This document shows, piece after piece, positions 45,601 through 59,850 of a DNA stretch of 64,000 nt; the first letter of the stretch is position 1, and every line of letters starts with the position of its first letter. The translations under genes were made by a program, and so were the position numbers. Under the pieces are notes generated by a model, which worked only from the letters and a program-made list of their open reading frames with translations, was not told the DNA's origin and made no database searches. Source of the DNA: the human T2T-CHM13v2.0 reference genome, Homo sapiens; the NCBI RefSeq assembly GCF_009914755.1, contig NC_060937.1, one strand, 5' to 3'.

Positions 45601-46243
45601 GTTACCTTCGCCATTCATTATGTGCTTGCTCTGCCATCTCCAAAAATATTACCTTCTCTGGAGTTTTGTTCTTTGCTTTGTCCTTAGATGCTTTTTATTT
45701 GTTTGCTTATTTACTCCATATCACACAGTGTGTTGGATAGTGGGGAACACAGATGAAGGCTTCAGACACTAGGACTATAATACACACAGCTAGAGGAGGA
45801 ATCCCGATAGTCTCCAGTTAGTTCATCTGTATGGCTGATGCCTGAATTTGTTCTATAGCTCCCTTGCTTTCTCAAGAATATTTCTTACTGTTCATTCTAT
45901 TTCATTATATATCTCTACTTGACCATTGTTCTATACAAGTACCATCACATCAACATGTTTTTAAAAAGCACGTGAAATATATAGTCACACATTGTCTTAA
46001 ATTAACTCAATACATCTTTGGGCAGCCAACTTTGCCTCAAGTAAAAACATCATGTCTAACTTGGTCAAAAAATGTGACACCTGAGGGATGAATGAACACT
46101 GTACTTTGGCTCAATCCCTCCATTAAATCAATTCTCAGTTTTTGTTAATTTCTAAAATAATCACTGTCTTTGCTTTTTGTAATTGTCATTATGATCCATT
46201 TCAGCCTCCTGTTGCCTCTTAACCTGAAATATCAAATAATCGA

Positions 46244-46534
46244 TTTTTTTTTCACCCACACTGGAGTGCAGTGGTGTGATTATAGCTCATTGCTACCTCA
46301 AACTTCTGAGCTCATTGCAACCTCGAACTCCTGAGCTCAAGGGATCCTCTTGCCTCAACTTCCTACCTGTAGCTGGGACTGCAGGCATATGCCACCACAC
46401 TCAGCTATATTTTTTTATTTTTAGTAGAGGTGGGGGTCTCACAATGTTGCTCAGGCTGGTCTGAAACTCCTGAGCTCAAGTGATCGTTCTGCCTCGGCCT
46501 CTCAAAGTGCTGGGATTACAGGCGTAAGTCACTT
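46244..46534 (-). mobile_element. AluJ with internal 25-bp tandem duplication
   Basis: J-type motifs (ctcctgagctcaagtgatc); duplicated units 46284-46308 and 46309-46333. Confidence 0.85.
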
Positions 46535-46729
46535 AACTGAGAACTGTGGACCTTGCTTCCCTCCAATCATGTTCAATTTGGGGTGAAATTAATTAAATCT
46601 GTAGAATCCAAATATAAGAAAGTCATCATATACAGTAAAATTTTAAAACCTATAAGTACTATCCCTGGCAGGTATTTGGATTTCATAAATGTCAGCTTTG
46701 AATTTTCTGTTTCTTCTAATTACTTAAGA

Positions 46730-47652
46730 CAACAGTTCCCAAAATGTGACCCACAGTCCCTAGGAATTTGCAAGACATTTTCAGGAGGTCTGTGGGATCA
46801 AAATATATTCATAATTATATTAACTTTTTTTTCCTTTGTCACTATGTGGAAATTTGCATTAATAGTGCAAAAGTGACACTGGGTAAAATTTCTTGCCCCT
46901 TGGCACAAATTAAGCCAGTAGCACCAAACAGTTCTGAAAATCATTTTATTATTTACTGCCGCACACTGAGAATTATTTTTTAAATTACTATTTTATTGTT
47001 TCATTTAAGAATGCCCTTCATTAAAACAGTACAAAACATTAGTTTTATTAAATCTATACCCTTAAATACATCTTTTTACATTATTCTTTGAGGAACAAAA
47101 TGGAAGAAAACATAAAGAACTGCTGCTGCATACCATATGACAGTTGTTTTTGGGAAAACACGAGTGATTATTTGCTTTCTGCATTGAATTAGCTACTTTT
47201 TCATTGATCGTTATTTTTATTCTAAAGACTCGCAGACAGCTAGACTTTTCATACTTGGGTGTTTGACAGCTATTTTCTTGAAAACGAACCAAGAAAGTCA
47301 GTCACTCCTATGAAAACAAATGGCAGTATCTAATAACAATACTAAAATATGTAAAGTGAAAATTAAAATATTGAAAAATTTTTATCTGTCATAACTTCTC
47401 AATAAAGACTTCACAGAAAAGATTAGCAATTAATAAATGTTAATTTTGTTCTATATTAAAATGTGTCAATATGTGGAAGATCTGTATAACTCAGTTAAAT
47501 AACATTAAATAAATATTTTAAGTTTCTCCATTTTAATTTCTACTATAGATACTATTCACCTAAATTATCCAACTCAACTAAAGCTCTTTGGACTTATCAG
47601 TCTTTACAAGAATGTAAAAATTTCCTCAGATAAAAATATTTGAAGAGTGCTA
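46730..47652 (+). mobile_element. Charlie1-like hAT DNA transposon (internally deleted)
   Basis: TIR-like ends; ctgctgctgcatacc…gggaaaa translates LLLHT…GK, resembling the hAT transposase LLHTEVRWLSRGK motif. Confidence 0.75.
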
Positions 47653-48774
47653 GTTAATGGGTTAAAATCTAAGTCCATTGGATAATTAAGCAGAGTCCTA
47701 AAAGCCTGGCAATAGCTTCCCTTCCCAGAAATTTTGAGTGACTCCTATAGACACTAAATAAATCAATTTCATTGAAATGCCTTATCTGTACACAAATGCC
47801 TTATACCTTATATGTGCAATTTTTTACAATATTCCTCTTTCATGTAATGCTTTCTCCTTTAACGGATATACTTCTATGTTTATTATGAAAACACTTTTTA
47901 AGTAATACTTGTTTATATTGTTTCTTTGGCCCATCCAAATATAGAATCCTTTACTTTCTCATGTATGTTTTCTCAATACATATTTTTCAGTGCTCTTTTG
48001 TCTTGATAAATATTAGTGGACTGTGAGCAATTTGATAGCCAAGTTTGTTGTATATTACTCAGCTTTACTTTTTTTAAGCTCATGCTAAGATATTCAGCAC
48101 ATACTGATTAAAAATAAACTACTGAATTCTAATGGTAAATCCTTCCTAGAACTGAGATTGGGGATCAACATTTTTTGAAAAATTAGAAATATTTTAAAGA
48201 AATTAAATAGAATTAAAGATGTTTCAAGTAGAGAAATAAGAGTATATTTTAGGTTGTATCATTGCTTTATATTCAAGCTTACTGACAACATTCCTCATGC
48301 TACTTTGAGACTATAGTAGTCATAGCTTTTTTTGATGGGTAATAAGTAATAAATCGATTTCTTAAAAATATATGCTTGTGAGTATTCATGAGCAATATGC
48401 TGACTTTCTGATTATTTGATACACTATTCATCGTAGAGTGGCTGCTAGTTGATCTTTATTTCTAATTATTATTGAAATCAAAGTATTATACAAATCTTCA
48501 AAATGAGCAACCTCTATTCTTCTTTCAACATTGATTGAATCAGAATTGTTGATTCAGTTACACAGAAGGCTTTACTTTCTAAGATGTAAATGCAGCACAT
48601 GCAGAACTTGAGATATGTTTCTGTAGAAATGTACATTCCTTATAGAATTTTCTTTTTAATATGCATGTGTACAAATTAAGTTATAATGTCAACAATTTGA
48701 TTTATATGAGGGAGGCAGTTTTTCAGCTGCATAAAGATCACAACAGTTATTATTAAATAATATGGACATAAATT

Positions 48775-49430
48775 TCTTCGCCTGTCTATTATCTATACTC
48801 CTTTTGTTTGGTGAAGTCCCTTGATTTTTCTCTGGTGAATGCTCCGTTTTCATTCAGTTTTTGTGGTGCTGATAGAACTGACTCACATCTAAATTCCTAG
48901 AGCACATGATGCAGGCATGGCTCATTAGAATATCAAGTGATTGACCACAGTGATTTAGGGATAGCCAAGAACCTTAAGAGAAGTAAGCCAAACCAAGAAG
49001 AACCTTACAGGAACTGTTACTTGAAATACTGAGATACTGAGAAAAGGTTTACTTTTTCCACTGAAGTTTCCAAAATAATGGGGTAGAATCCTGAAGTCGT
49101 TGATGGGTATTTGCTCAGGACTCGCCTGGGAATCATGTCCAAGAGTGATATGCTAAGCCATGGATTGGCTTGATTGATTGATAGGTTGATTCCCAGTGAA
49201 TTATCTCAGCCCATAGATCCAAATATTTCCAAAGCCAAAACAATCCTTGGACTTTTTGATGGCATGAGGCTATATATATATATATGAGGCTATATATATG
49301 TGTGTGTGTGTATATATATATATATGTAAGTTTATGTGTACATACACATGTATAATATACATACATACACACATATATATTTCTTAAAAGTACTTTAAGT
49401 TGGGTGTCCTTTATCATATATGACTGACAC
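48775..49430 (+). mobile_element. old ERVL/MaLR-type LTR (LTR16/MLT1-like) with (TA)n/(TG)n at 49270-49380
   Basis: gagcacatgatgcaggcatggc…; cttaa…aagttgggt…cctttatc 3' motif. Confidence 0.4.
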
Positions 49431-51034
49431 AGTAAAACTAACTCTATTTTTAGCTCAATCTTGCCAGAAATGTATCATAAAACAAAAGAATGAATCCACA
49501 ATATGCATTATAACCCCATTAAGGATATCACTGATTACGTTGTAGACAAACATCATGACTGAAGCAATAGTATTTCATTCCTATAATACAGGCATACTAA
49601 ATGCATTAACCTATTTTCTCCCCCAATGACTTTATGTACAATTCGAGAATAAAAATAAATGTCAGTTAAGTTGAAATACAAACTCAAAGTAAATTATAAT
49701 TACTGGTTTTAGAGTGTCTTTTTATGACAAAAAGAGAAAGGCAGTTTTAGTACAGTGCATCATTAGTTTCTAAATCTTCTAAGTAATGAATAAAAGAGAA
49801 TCTTACAAAATAATTCATAACTAGAATACTTAATATATATATATCTGTTAAACTCTAGTTTGCTGAACTCAAAAGCACAAACACCACCACCAATATTTTT
49901 TAGAATTTTATTGTAATTTAGACTAAATTATACAATTAATAAGCACACATCTACTTTTTATTACCTATTCTACATTCATTTTATCATGTATGAAACATTC
50001 TGTTATTATTTTAAGCACTGACTCCAATAAGTTTGAGTAAGATGTATGTCACATAAAATATATTGAAACACGGTGTGAAATTTGGCGAGAAAAATAGTGC
50101 TCTAGTTACATTATAAGTAATGCTATTTTAAGGTTAGACTTATATGCTGTAACCAGATCAGTAAAGGTTGCCTCCTGATATATAGGTTAATAAAATATCT
50201 AATAGTTCCAAAACTGAAAAAATCAGTTATGTAAATTTATATCATTAATAAGAGTAAAATACTAGATGCTTTATTTAGAAAAAAATATTATGTGAATGGT
50301 AAAATATTATATTACACTCTGATTTGAAACACATATACTAAACTCTTGGAAATTTAAGTAGCAGGTTTTAGTTACATTTTATTTTGACAGAGATGTATTA
50401 AGAAAATTATGCATGACTTTCAAAATTTGAGGTGACTATCATAATATACAATTAACCATTTTAAGGTACACAATTCATTGTAATTTAGTGTATTCACAAT
50501 GTTGTGCAATCACCAGCTCTCTATAGTTTCAAAAGTTTTTCATCACCTCATAAAAACAGGGCATACCATTTAGGTAGTCATCCTCATCTCCCAAACTCAC
50601 CCCCTCCTCCTGCTAAACTCTAATCTGCTTTTAATTTTTATGAGTTTGCCTATTTTTTACATATCATATTAAAGAATCATACAATATATGACCTTTTGTG
50701 TCTGGCTTCTTTCACACAGCACAATATTTCAAAGTTTTATACCCATGGTATTATGCATTGGTACTTTATTCCTTTTTCACAGAATAACGTTTTACTGTAT
50801 TTATATATTACAATTTGTTTATCCATTCATCTGTTAATGGGCACGTAGGTTGTTTCTACATTTTGGTTATTATAAGTAATAGTGCTATAAATATTTTTGT
50901 ATAAGTTCCTGTGAGGACATATGTTTCATTTCTCTTGGGTATATGCATAGGAATGGAATTGCTGGCTTATAAGGTAATTCCATTATTAACTTTTTGAGAA
51001 ACACCAAACTATTTTCCATAGTGGCTAAAACACT

Positions 51035-51729
<695 letters not shown>

Positions 51730-54700
51730 TTAATATTTCTCTGCACCTTCTCCAATTGTTATTTTCCTTTTTTTTTTTTAATTAAAGCCATCCTGTGAGT
51801 ATTAAGTGGTAACTTTGTGGTTTTGATTTAAATATCCTTAAGGATCAATAATGTTGGCCATCTTTTTATGTTCTTGTTGTCTATTTGCATCTTCTTTGAA
51901 AAAATATCTGCTCAAGCCCTTTGACCATTTTTAATTGGGTTGTTTGTCTTTTTGCTGCTTAATTGTGAGAGCTTTGTGGGGTTTTTTCCTATAATCTGGA
52001 TATTAATCACTTTAGATATATGATTTGAAAATAGCTCTCATTCTTTAGGCCATGTTTTTGTATTTTTGATAAAAAAATTTTTTAATTTTTACAAAGTCTA
52101 ATTTTGTTATTCACATTTTTGGTGTCAATCTAAGAATTCATTGCCAAATCTGAGGTCATGAAAATTTACCTTATGTTTCCTTATAAAAGTTTGATAATTT
52201 TAGTTCTTATATTTAGATTGTTAGTGCATTTTAAGTTAATTTTTGTATGCAGTGTGAGATAGGTATTGAACTTTATTTTGCATGTTGTTATTCAGTAGTC
52301 TCAAACACCGTTGGTTGAAGAGAAAATTCTTTCCCTATTTAATAGTATTGGCACTACTGTTGAAAATCAATTGGCTTTAAATGTTTGGGTTTATATTTGG
52401 ATTCAATTCTATTTCATTGGTTAATGTATCTATTCTCATTCTAGAGTCACATGATTTTTATTATTTAACTTTAAAATACATTTTGAAATTAAGAAGTGTG
52501 AGTTTGCCTTCATGTTTTCCCTTTTTCAATTTTATTTTGGCCATTTGGGGCCCCTTGAAGTTTCATATACATTTTTGGGGTGTCTATTCTATCCCTGACA
52601 AAGGGCCATTGGAATTTGAATAATAGTTGCACTGAATCTCTAGATTGCCTTGGAGAATACTGGCATCTTAAGATATTAAATTCTCTAGTCCATGAATATG
52701 GAATATCTTTCCATTTATTTGTGTTTTCTTTAATTTATTTTAACAAATTTTTGTAGGTTTTAGGGGTATTTCAGCATATTGATTAAATTTATTTGTAAGA
52801 GGTATTTTGTTTTGTTTTCTTTTGTTTTAAATCCTCTGGACTCTGTTGTATGTGGAATTGTTTTCTTAATTTACTTTTCAGATCATCCATTGCAGGTGTA
52901 GCAAAACACAACTGACTTTTATGTTTTGATTTTGTACCCTGTAACTTTACTGAATTTGTTTATTAGCTCTAGCAGGTTTTTTGTGTGCATACTCTGTAGG
53001 TTTTACGGTATACACAATCATGTCGTCTACACATAGAGAGTTTTACATCATCCTTTCAATTTTGATGCCTTTTTATTTGTGCCTCATTGCTCTGCTAAGA
53101 CTTCCAGCACAATGAATAGCAGGGATGAAAGCAGGAATCCTTGTATTGTACTTGCTCTTAGCTTTCAGTCTTAAACCATTAAAAATTATGTTAGCTATGA
53201 AAGTTTTATATATGCCCTTTATTAAGAAAGTTTCCATCTATTTCTAGTTTGATTAGTGTTTTAATGATAAAAAGATGTTGATTTTTTTCAAATATTTTTT
53301 CAGCATTTATTAAAATAATCATGGGTCTCCTGCCTTACTTTATTCTCTTAATGTGATACAGTACATTGATTCATTTTCTTATGTTCAACCAACTTTACAT
53401 TCTTAGGGTAAATCCACTTGGTCATGGTGTATAGCACTTTTAATGTGCTGTTGAATTCATCTTGCTAGATTTGTTGTCGGTGGTGGTGGTGTTGCTGTGG
53501 CTGTTGCTGAGTATTTTGTGCCTACATTCATTAAAAAATATATTGGTCTGTAGTTTTCTTAGTTTCTGGTATATTTTTCTGACTTTGGTATCAGAGTAAT
53601 GTTGGCCTCACAGAAGAGCTTGGAAGTTTATTCCTCTTATATACTTTTGAAAGAGTATGAATACGATGGATGTTAGTTATTCTCTAAAGATTTGCTAAAA
53701 TTCAAGAGTGAAGCCGTCTTATCCTTTTCTTTCTAAGAAGTTTTTGATTACCAATTTAATCACTTTATTTATTATAGGTCTGTTAAGATTTCCTATGTCT
53801 TTTTGTGTTCAATTTGGTATTTTTTTTGTTTCTAGAAATAGGTCCATTTTATCTAAATTATTTAATTTGTTTGGTTTGCAATTGCGAATATTTTTCTCTT
53901 ATAATCCTCTTAATTTCTGTAAAGTTTCCAGTAATGGCCCCATTTTTATTCTTGACTTTATTTTCATTTACTCTCATTTTTTTCTTAGTCAGTATAGCTA
54001 AAAATTTGTCAAAGTGGTTGATCTTATCAAAAAAGCTTCTTGATTGGGTGTAGTTTCCTCTCTGTTTTCTTTTTTAAAGGGAAAATTTTGGCTTGCTAAT
54101 TTGAGGTCATTCTTTTTCTTCTTAAATATAGGTATTTACAGCTCAGAGAATAAATTACTCTCTGAGCACTACTTTAGCTGTATCCAACAAGTCTTGGTAT
54201 GTTATGCTTTTTTTTTCTTTCATCTCACTGTATTTTCTAAGTTTTTTCTTGTGAGTTATTTTCTGCCCCATGGGTTTTTTAAGAAATATTCTGATGAATT
54301 TCCATATAATTATAAATTTTCCAAAATTTCTTCTGCCTTGATTTCTAATTTAATCCCACTGTTTTCAGAGAAGATTCTCTGTAAGAATGGAATTCCTTAA
54401 CCTAACCTTGTGTAGGCTTGTTTTGTAGTCTATCCTGGCAAATGTCCATTTGTGCTTGACGAGAAAAAAAAGTGTCATCTTCTCTTGTTCAAAAAGTGGC
54501 CCATAGATGTCTGTTAGGAGATTTGGTTTATAGTGTCATCCAGGTCTTCTAATTCCTTGTTGATCTGCTTACCTAGGTATTGTATCCATTATTGAAAATG
54601 GAGTAGTTAAGTGTCCAACTATTATTGTTTAATGGCCATATCTTCCTTTTATTTTGCCAGTTTTTGTTTCATGTATTGGCTGTATTCTTAGGTGCATTTT

Positions 54701-55065
54701 TTTTTTTTTTTGGAATTGTTAGACCTGTTTGATGAGTCGGCCCTCTTATTATTTTAAAAGATCTTATAAATTTCTTATATTAAAGTCTATTCTGTCTAGT
54801 ATTTACATAGCCATTCTGACTATCTGTTGATGATAAATTAAGAATGCATATATAAATCATTGAAAGCAACCAATAAAATAATAAAATAAAAAAGGTTGCC
54901 AGGAAATATAGCAACACTATAGAATAACTGGAATGTAATAATTAAAATAATACATTAACCAAGGTATTAACAGGAAAGAAGAGACATAGAAAGAAAAAAA
55001 TGTGACCGATAGAGATTAACTTGCCAAATAATGTAACTAACTCAACTATAACAATAATTACGTTA

Positions 55066-55363
55066 AATTTAAGTAAAATATATCTTTGCTACTTAATTGA
55101 AATATTTATTACTTATATGTTATATAGATTATATAAATTTATATAATCTAATTATAATTATAAATTTCTATAATCTATATAACATTTAATATAGAATAAT
55201 TTATACAGTATATAAATATATATTCTAAGTAATACGTATTTCAATCAAATGGCAAAGATATATTTTATTTAATATACTTACATAAGTAAAAAAAGTATAA
55301 GACTGCATAAGAAATATACTTATATATTCTAAGTAATCTATATTTCAATCAAATGGCAAAGAT
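55066..55363. repeat. nested inverted repeat plus a direct third copy
   Basis: Arms 55066-55115 and 55227-55275; inner 17-bp IR; direct copy 55321-55363. Confidence 0.8.
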
Positions 55364-55380
55364 TGTCAGAATGGACTAAA

Positions 55381-55544
55381 AGCAAGAAGGCTGTCTACAA
55401 GCCAGGAAGAAGGCTCTTACCAGTAGTCAAATCTGCCAACACCTTCGTCTTTGACTTCCCAGGCCCCAAATATGTGAGAAATAAATGTCTGCTGTTTAAG
55501 TTAGTCTATAGCACTTTGTTACAGAAGCCCAAACTGACTAAGAC
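55381..55544 (+). mobile_element. MLT1A-like LTR 3' half
   Basis: tctacaagccaggaaga…tgtgagaaataaatgtctgctgtttaag…gactaagaca. Confidence 0.75.
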
Positions 55545-55776
55545 AGGGCTTATCCCAGGAATTCAAGGCTGGTTTATGATTCAAATACCACTCAATCAAA
55601 TTTGCCATATTTGTAGAATAAAATACCAAAAATAAGTTTATTCTAACAGAGGCAGTAAAATAATGTGAAAAAGATATGAAACATGTTAGATGTCTTAGAA
55701 AACTAGGCAAATATAAAAGAAGCTTGTTCAATATGATAACAAAATATAAACAGCATCTAACATCGTATTTAAATAC

Positions 55777-56205
55777 TCTAATGGTCAATTTTATATGTCA
55801 ACTTGGCTAGACTATGGTTTACAGTTGTTTGCTCAATACCATTCTAGATATAAGTGTGAAGGTATTTATCATATGTAATTAACATTTAAATCAGTAGACT
55901 TTGAGTGAAGCAGACTACTTACACTCCATAATATGGGTGGGTCTCATTCAATTAGTTGAAATTCGTAGGAACTATGACAGAGGTTTCCCAAAGCAAGGAA
56001 TTGGCCTCAAGGCTTCAGTATTAAATCTTACCTGAATTTCCAGCCTGCTGGCTTGCCCTAGAATTTCAGACTTCCTAGACCCATAATCACATGAGACAAT
56101 TCCTTAAAATATCAATGTCGCTCTCTCTCTATATATATATATGTACATATATGTGTGTGTGTGTGTGTGTGTGTGTTTGTGTGTGCATTTCCTAATAGTT
56201 CTCTG
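55777..56205 (+). mobile_element. MLT2D-like ERVL LTR with (CT)(TA)(TG) microsatellite
   Basis: aattttatatgtcaacttggctag…aaatcagtagactttgagt…caattccttaaaata. Confidence 0.8.
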
Positions 56206-56429
56206 GTGTATCTTCTCTTATGCAATAGTGAAATACCAAAAGGTGTTTTTTGTTTTTTTTTTTCTGAGATAAAGAAGCAAATAAGAATGTTTCCTGTTTC
56301 TCTTTTTTCATTTAACTGTCTACTTTGGCTCTTAGAAGTGTAATAAGGAAAGTTTTTTTAAAAAGGCATACAGATTGGAAAAGAAGTGGTAAAACTTTCC
56401 TTATGCACAGATTATACAATTATCTATTA

Positions 56430-56712
56430 CAGCAAAGTTATTTAATGTGCTTCTATAACAAGAAGCACATTAAATATCTAGTAATGACATTTAAAAAATA
56501 AAATGGAGGTGAAATTAACTTGATAAGATACTTTACTTAATGCAATATATCCAAAATACATCTCATCTTAAAATGTTTTAATCATTTTATCTTACTGTCT
56601 TTAAAATCTAATGTATATTTTACACTTAGAGTGCATCTCAATTTGGACTAGCCCTATTACAATTGGTCAGCAGCCACATGTGGCTGAATGGCTGCAGTAT
56701 TGTGCAATTCAG
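56430..56712 (+). mobile_element. MER33 hAT MITE
   Basis: ggtgaaattaac…caatatatccaaaat…catctcaatttggactagcc…gccacatgtggct. Confidence 0.75.
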
Positions 56713-57959
56713 TGTTTGAAAATTCTAACAAGTTTGAAAAACAACTATATAAACTAATAATTAAATTTGGTAAGCTCACTGCATACAAAGTGAACAAGAC
56801 ATTTGCTGGACTGCAAATTCATTTAATTAAGCAAGCTTTCTCTTGAATTCCAACTTGGAGAATTGCAAATGTATGATATCAGTTTCTTTAATTTTATAGT
56901 TTGTCAAAATGCGTTTCTTTCTTTCTTTGAAATATATTTCATTTTGGGCCAGTAAGATGAGGGATTTACTAGCTTCCTCTGATTCTGTGTTACATGTTAG
57001 TGGCTAACAGATTAATACTTAACCAAGATACTGAGTGGGATAATAGTACTCAATATAAATGAGTCTCATGTCAACTTTCTCCACTAATTATCCACACAAA
57101 ATCATAAATCACTTAGAATCTTTTACAACTACTCAATAAAACATTCTCTAAGAGATAATATACCAAAAAAGTAGTAATATTTCAGGTTTTAAAAAGAACT
57201 ATATGTAGAGTATATTTATCAGAGTAAATGGATTCTGTATCTGAACCAATAGGGACAGAAGGTACGTAGAAATCATGAAAAGATACGTAGAAAGCATGAA
57301 AAGTCCTGAGAACTATAACTTAATATTTTCATAATGCAGTTACTATATTTTTGATATATGAAATATTTTATATTTGTCTAGATAAAATTTATTCACAAAA
57401 CACTTATAGAATTAATTTTACTTAAATGAGATAAAAATGTATTGTTCTACATCAGACAAGAAGAAATTCAAAAATGGTAAATTCAACTTTTACGCAACTT
57501 ATAAGTAACTGAGATAATCTCAAAGAACACTTTCAGATCAGTTTTTTTCAAAGCACCAAATTTGCAATTATTTATTAACATCCCAAAACAAGTGATTTTG
57601 TGTTTAAATGGCATATATATATAGAAAATACCCATTTTCTTTTATTGGAATATGTCTGTGCATTTAAAAAGCTAAAATGAATTTTGCTAATTTTGCTTTT
57701 TAATTTTTGTGTGTACATAGTAAGTTTATGTATTTATGGGACATATGAGATATGTTGATATAAGAACACAATGTATAATAATCACGTGTATCTTAAATCT
57801 GCGAAAGAGAAGTATGCAATATTTCCCAGGCTTATTTTACAAAAATGTTTTTTGGCTAAATCCTTATGAAATTCCATAGGAACACTGTTTATCTTAACAA
57901 ATGTTTGACAAAATTGCCTACAACATTTTCTTTTATTCTTTAAAGAATTTAGAATACAT

Positions 57960-58034
57960 TATTTATTTATATATATACATATATATACACATATATACAT
58001 ATATATACACACACATATATATACATATATATAT
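57960..58034. repeat. (TA)n/(CA)n microsatellite replacing the Alu tail
   Basis: seen directly. Confidence 0.85.
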
Positions 58035-58334
<300 letters not shown>

Positions 58335-58356
58335 TATTTATATGTTTTATGGAGAC

Positions 58357-58425
58357 ATATATATATATTATATATATTATATATATAATATATATATATT
58401 ATATATATTATATATATATATGCAT
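58357..58425. repeat. (TA)n-rich microsatellite
   Basis: seen directly. Confidence 0.85.
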
Positions 58426-59419
58426 ATACTCATAAAAGTTATAAAGTATCTTCAGTTTTTTAGTTTAAAAATTTGGACCAAATTAACCAAGCAAAATATG
58501 TCGGCAGTCTATGTGCAATATTTGCAAAATATACTAAAATAAATAAAAATATTGAGCAAAAAATTTTAGCCAAATTTAAAATAAAATTTCAACAGTTACA
58601 ATATTTTTATAAATAGACCATTTAACAGATTTTTTTTTTAGTATTTCCATCTGACATTTTTGCTGTTTATATTGTATTTAGACTTTTTCCCATCTGAGCA
58701 GTTCAAAGGCCATTTTTATTAAGCTTCCAAAAAATAATCAGTTTGATTTTCAACACAGACTCCACATAAGTAAGCTGGATATTGATGTTTTACAGTTTAT
58801 TGATACACTATTTTAGTTCAAAAGAAAATTAATCAGACATAAACATTGTAATTGCTTAATAAAATTCAATTATTCAGGTATCTTGGGAAGGCTATCATGT
58901 TTTAATAACTAAATAAATAAAATTAGATCAAGCTTCTTTGACATACTTGGAACTTTTTCCTCCATAGAACTAACCAAAATAGTACATGTAATTATAATGA
59001 TCCTTTCAGAACAGAAAAAACATTCACAATTTCAGAAAATGGTTTTAAACACATGGGGTTCCATCTGCTACCTGCTCCACTTTTAAAGTGCAAAGCCTAT
59101 CTCATGGTAGCATTCCTCAAGATGCATTTGGAGTCTGAGACAAACCCACATCTGCCAGCTCTGGAACAAGTAGGTAGATTCCTCTATAGACCATGTATTG
59201 TCTTCCCTGGCCATACTACTCTCCCATCTCCACAATAAAATCTGCTTTAATAGCTTGCCACAAATTACTTAATCATACTTATCTTTATTACTTTGGAATA
59301 AAGTATCAATATCCAGGAGGCTCCTCTAAAATGCAAATTTATTACCTGAAATATTCACTTAGTGTCCTACTTGACACCACTCAGTATTTTAGACTAGCAT
59401 ATCAATTCTTAAATTTGTT

Positions 59420-59850
59420 TAGGAGTTGTTTGGACCCTTAAAACTTACAAAGGTTCCCAACACAAGCTTTTGCTTATGTGGTATATAGCTATTTATATTT
59501 AATATTCGATATTAAAACTAATAAGTTTGTAAATATTTATGTACTAATCTTAAAATGGCAATAACAAGCCCATATATAAACATAAATGCCATATTTTTAA
59601 TGAAAAAATATTTTTTCAAAAAAAAGATAAGAGTGTCACTGCTTTACATTTTTGTAAATTTCTTTATGTCTGGATTAAAGAAGACAAATAAATTGTCATA
59701 TAAGCTCTGATTTCAACCTATTATACTGTTATCACATCATGTTGACTTTAAAAAACACCAAACAATCTGAGTATTGTAAAAATAGTTTTGAATCAATGTA
59801 TACCCTGGAAGTATTGTCTGGAGACTCCTGGGACCCACCCCCCAGACCGT
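59420..59850. mobile_element. Charlie-type hAT remnant
   Basis: gcttttgcttatgtgg…, tttacatttttgtaaatttctt…tgtctgg and aaaatagttttgaa motifs recalled from Charlie elements. Confidence 0.45.

Noticed and set aside
53708-54400. Hydrophobic Phe/Leu-rich ORFs
   Set aside because: Antisense reading of T-rich degraded L1MB.
57262-57303. 21-bp tandem duplication (also similar small duplications at ~8798-8843 and ~11695-11724)
   Set aside because: Ordinary slippage duplications with no further structure.
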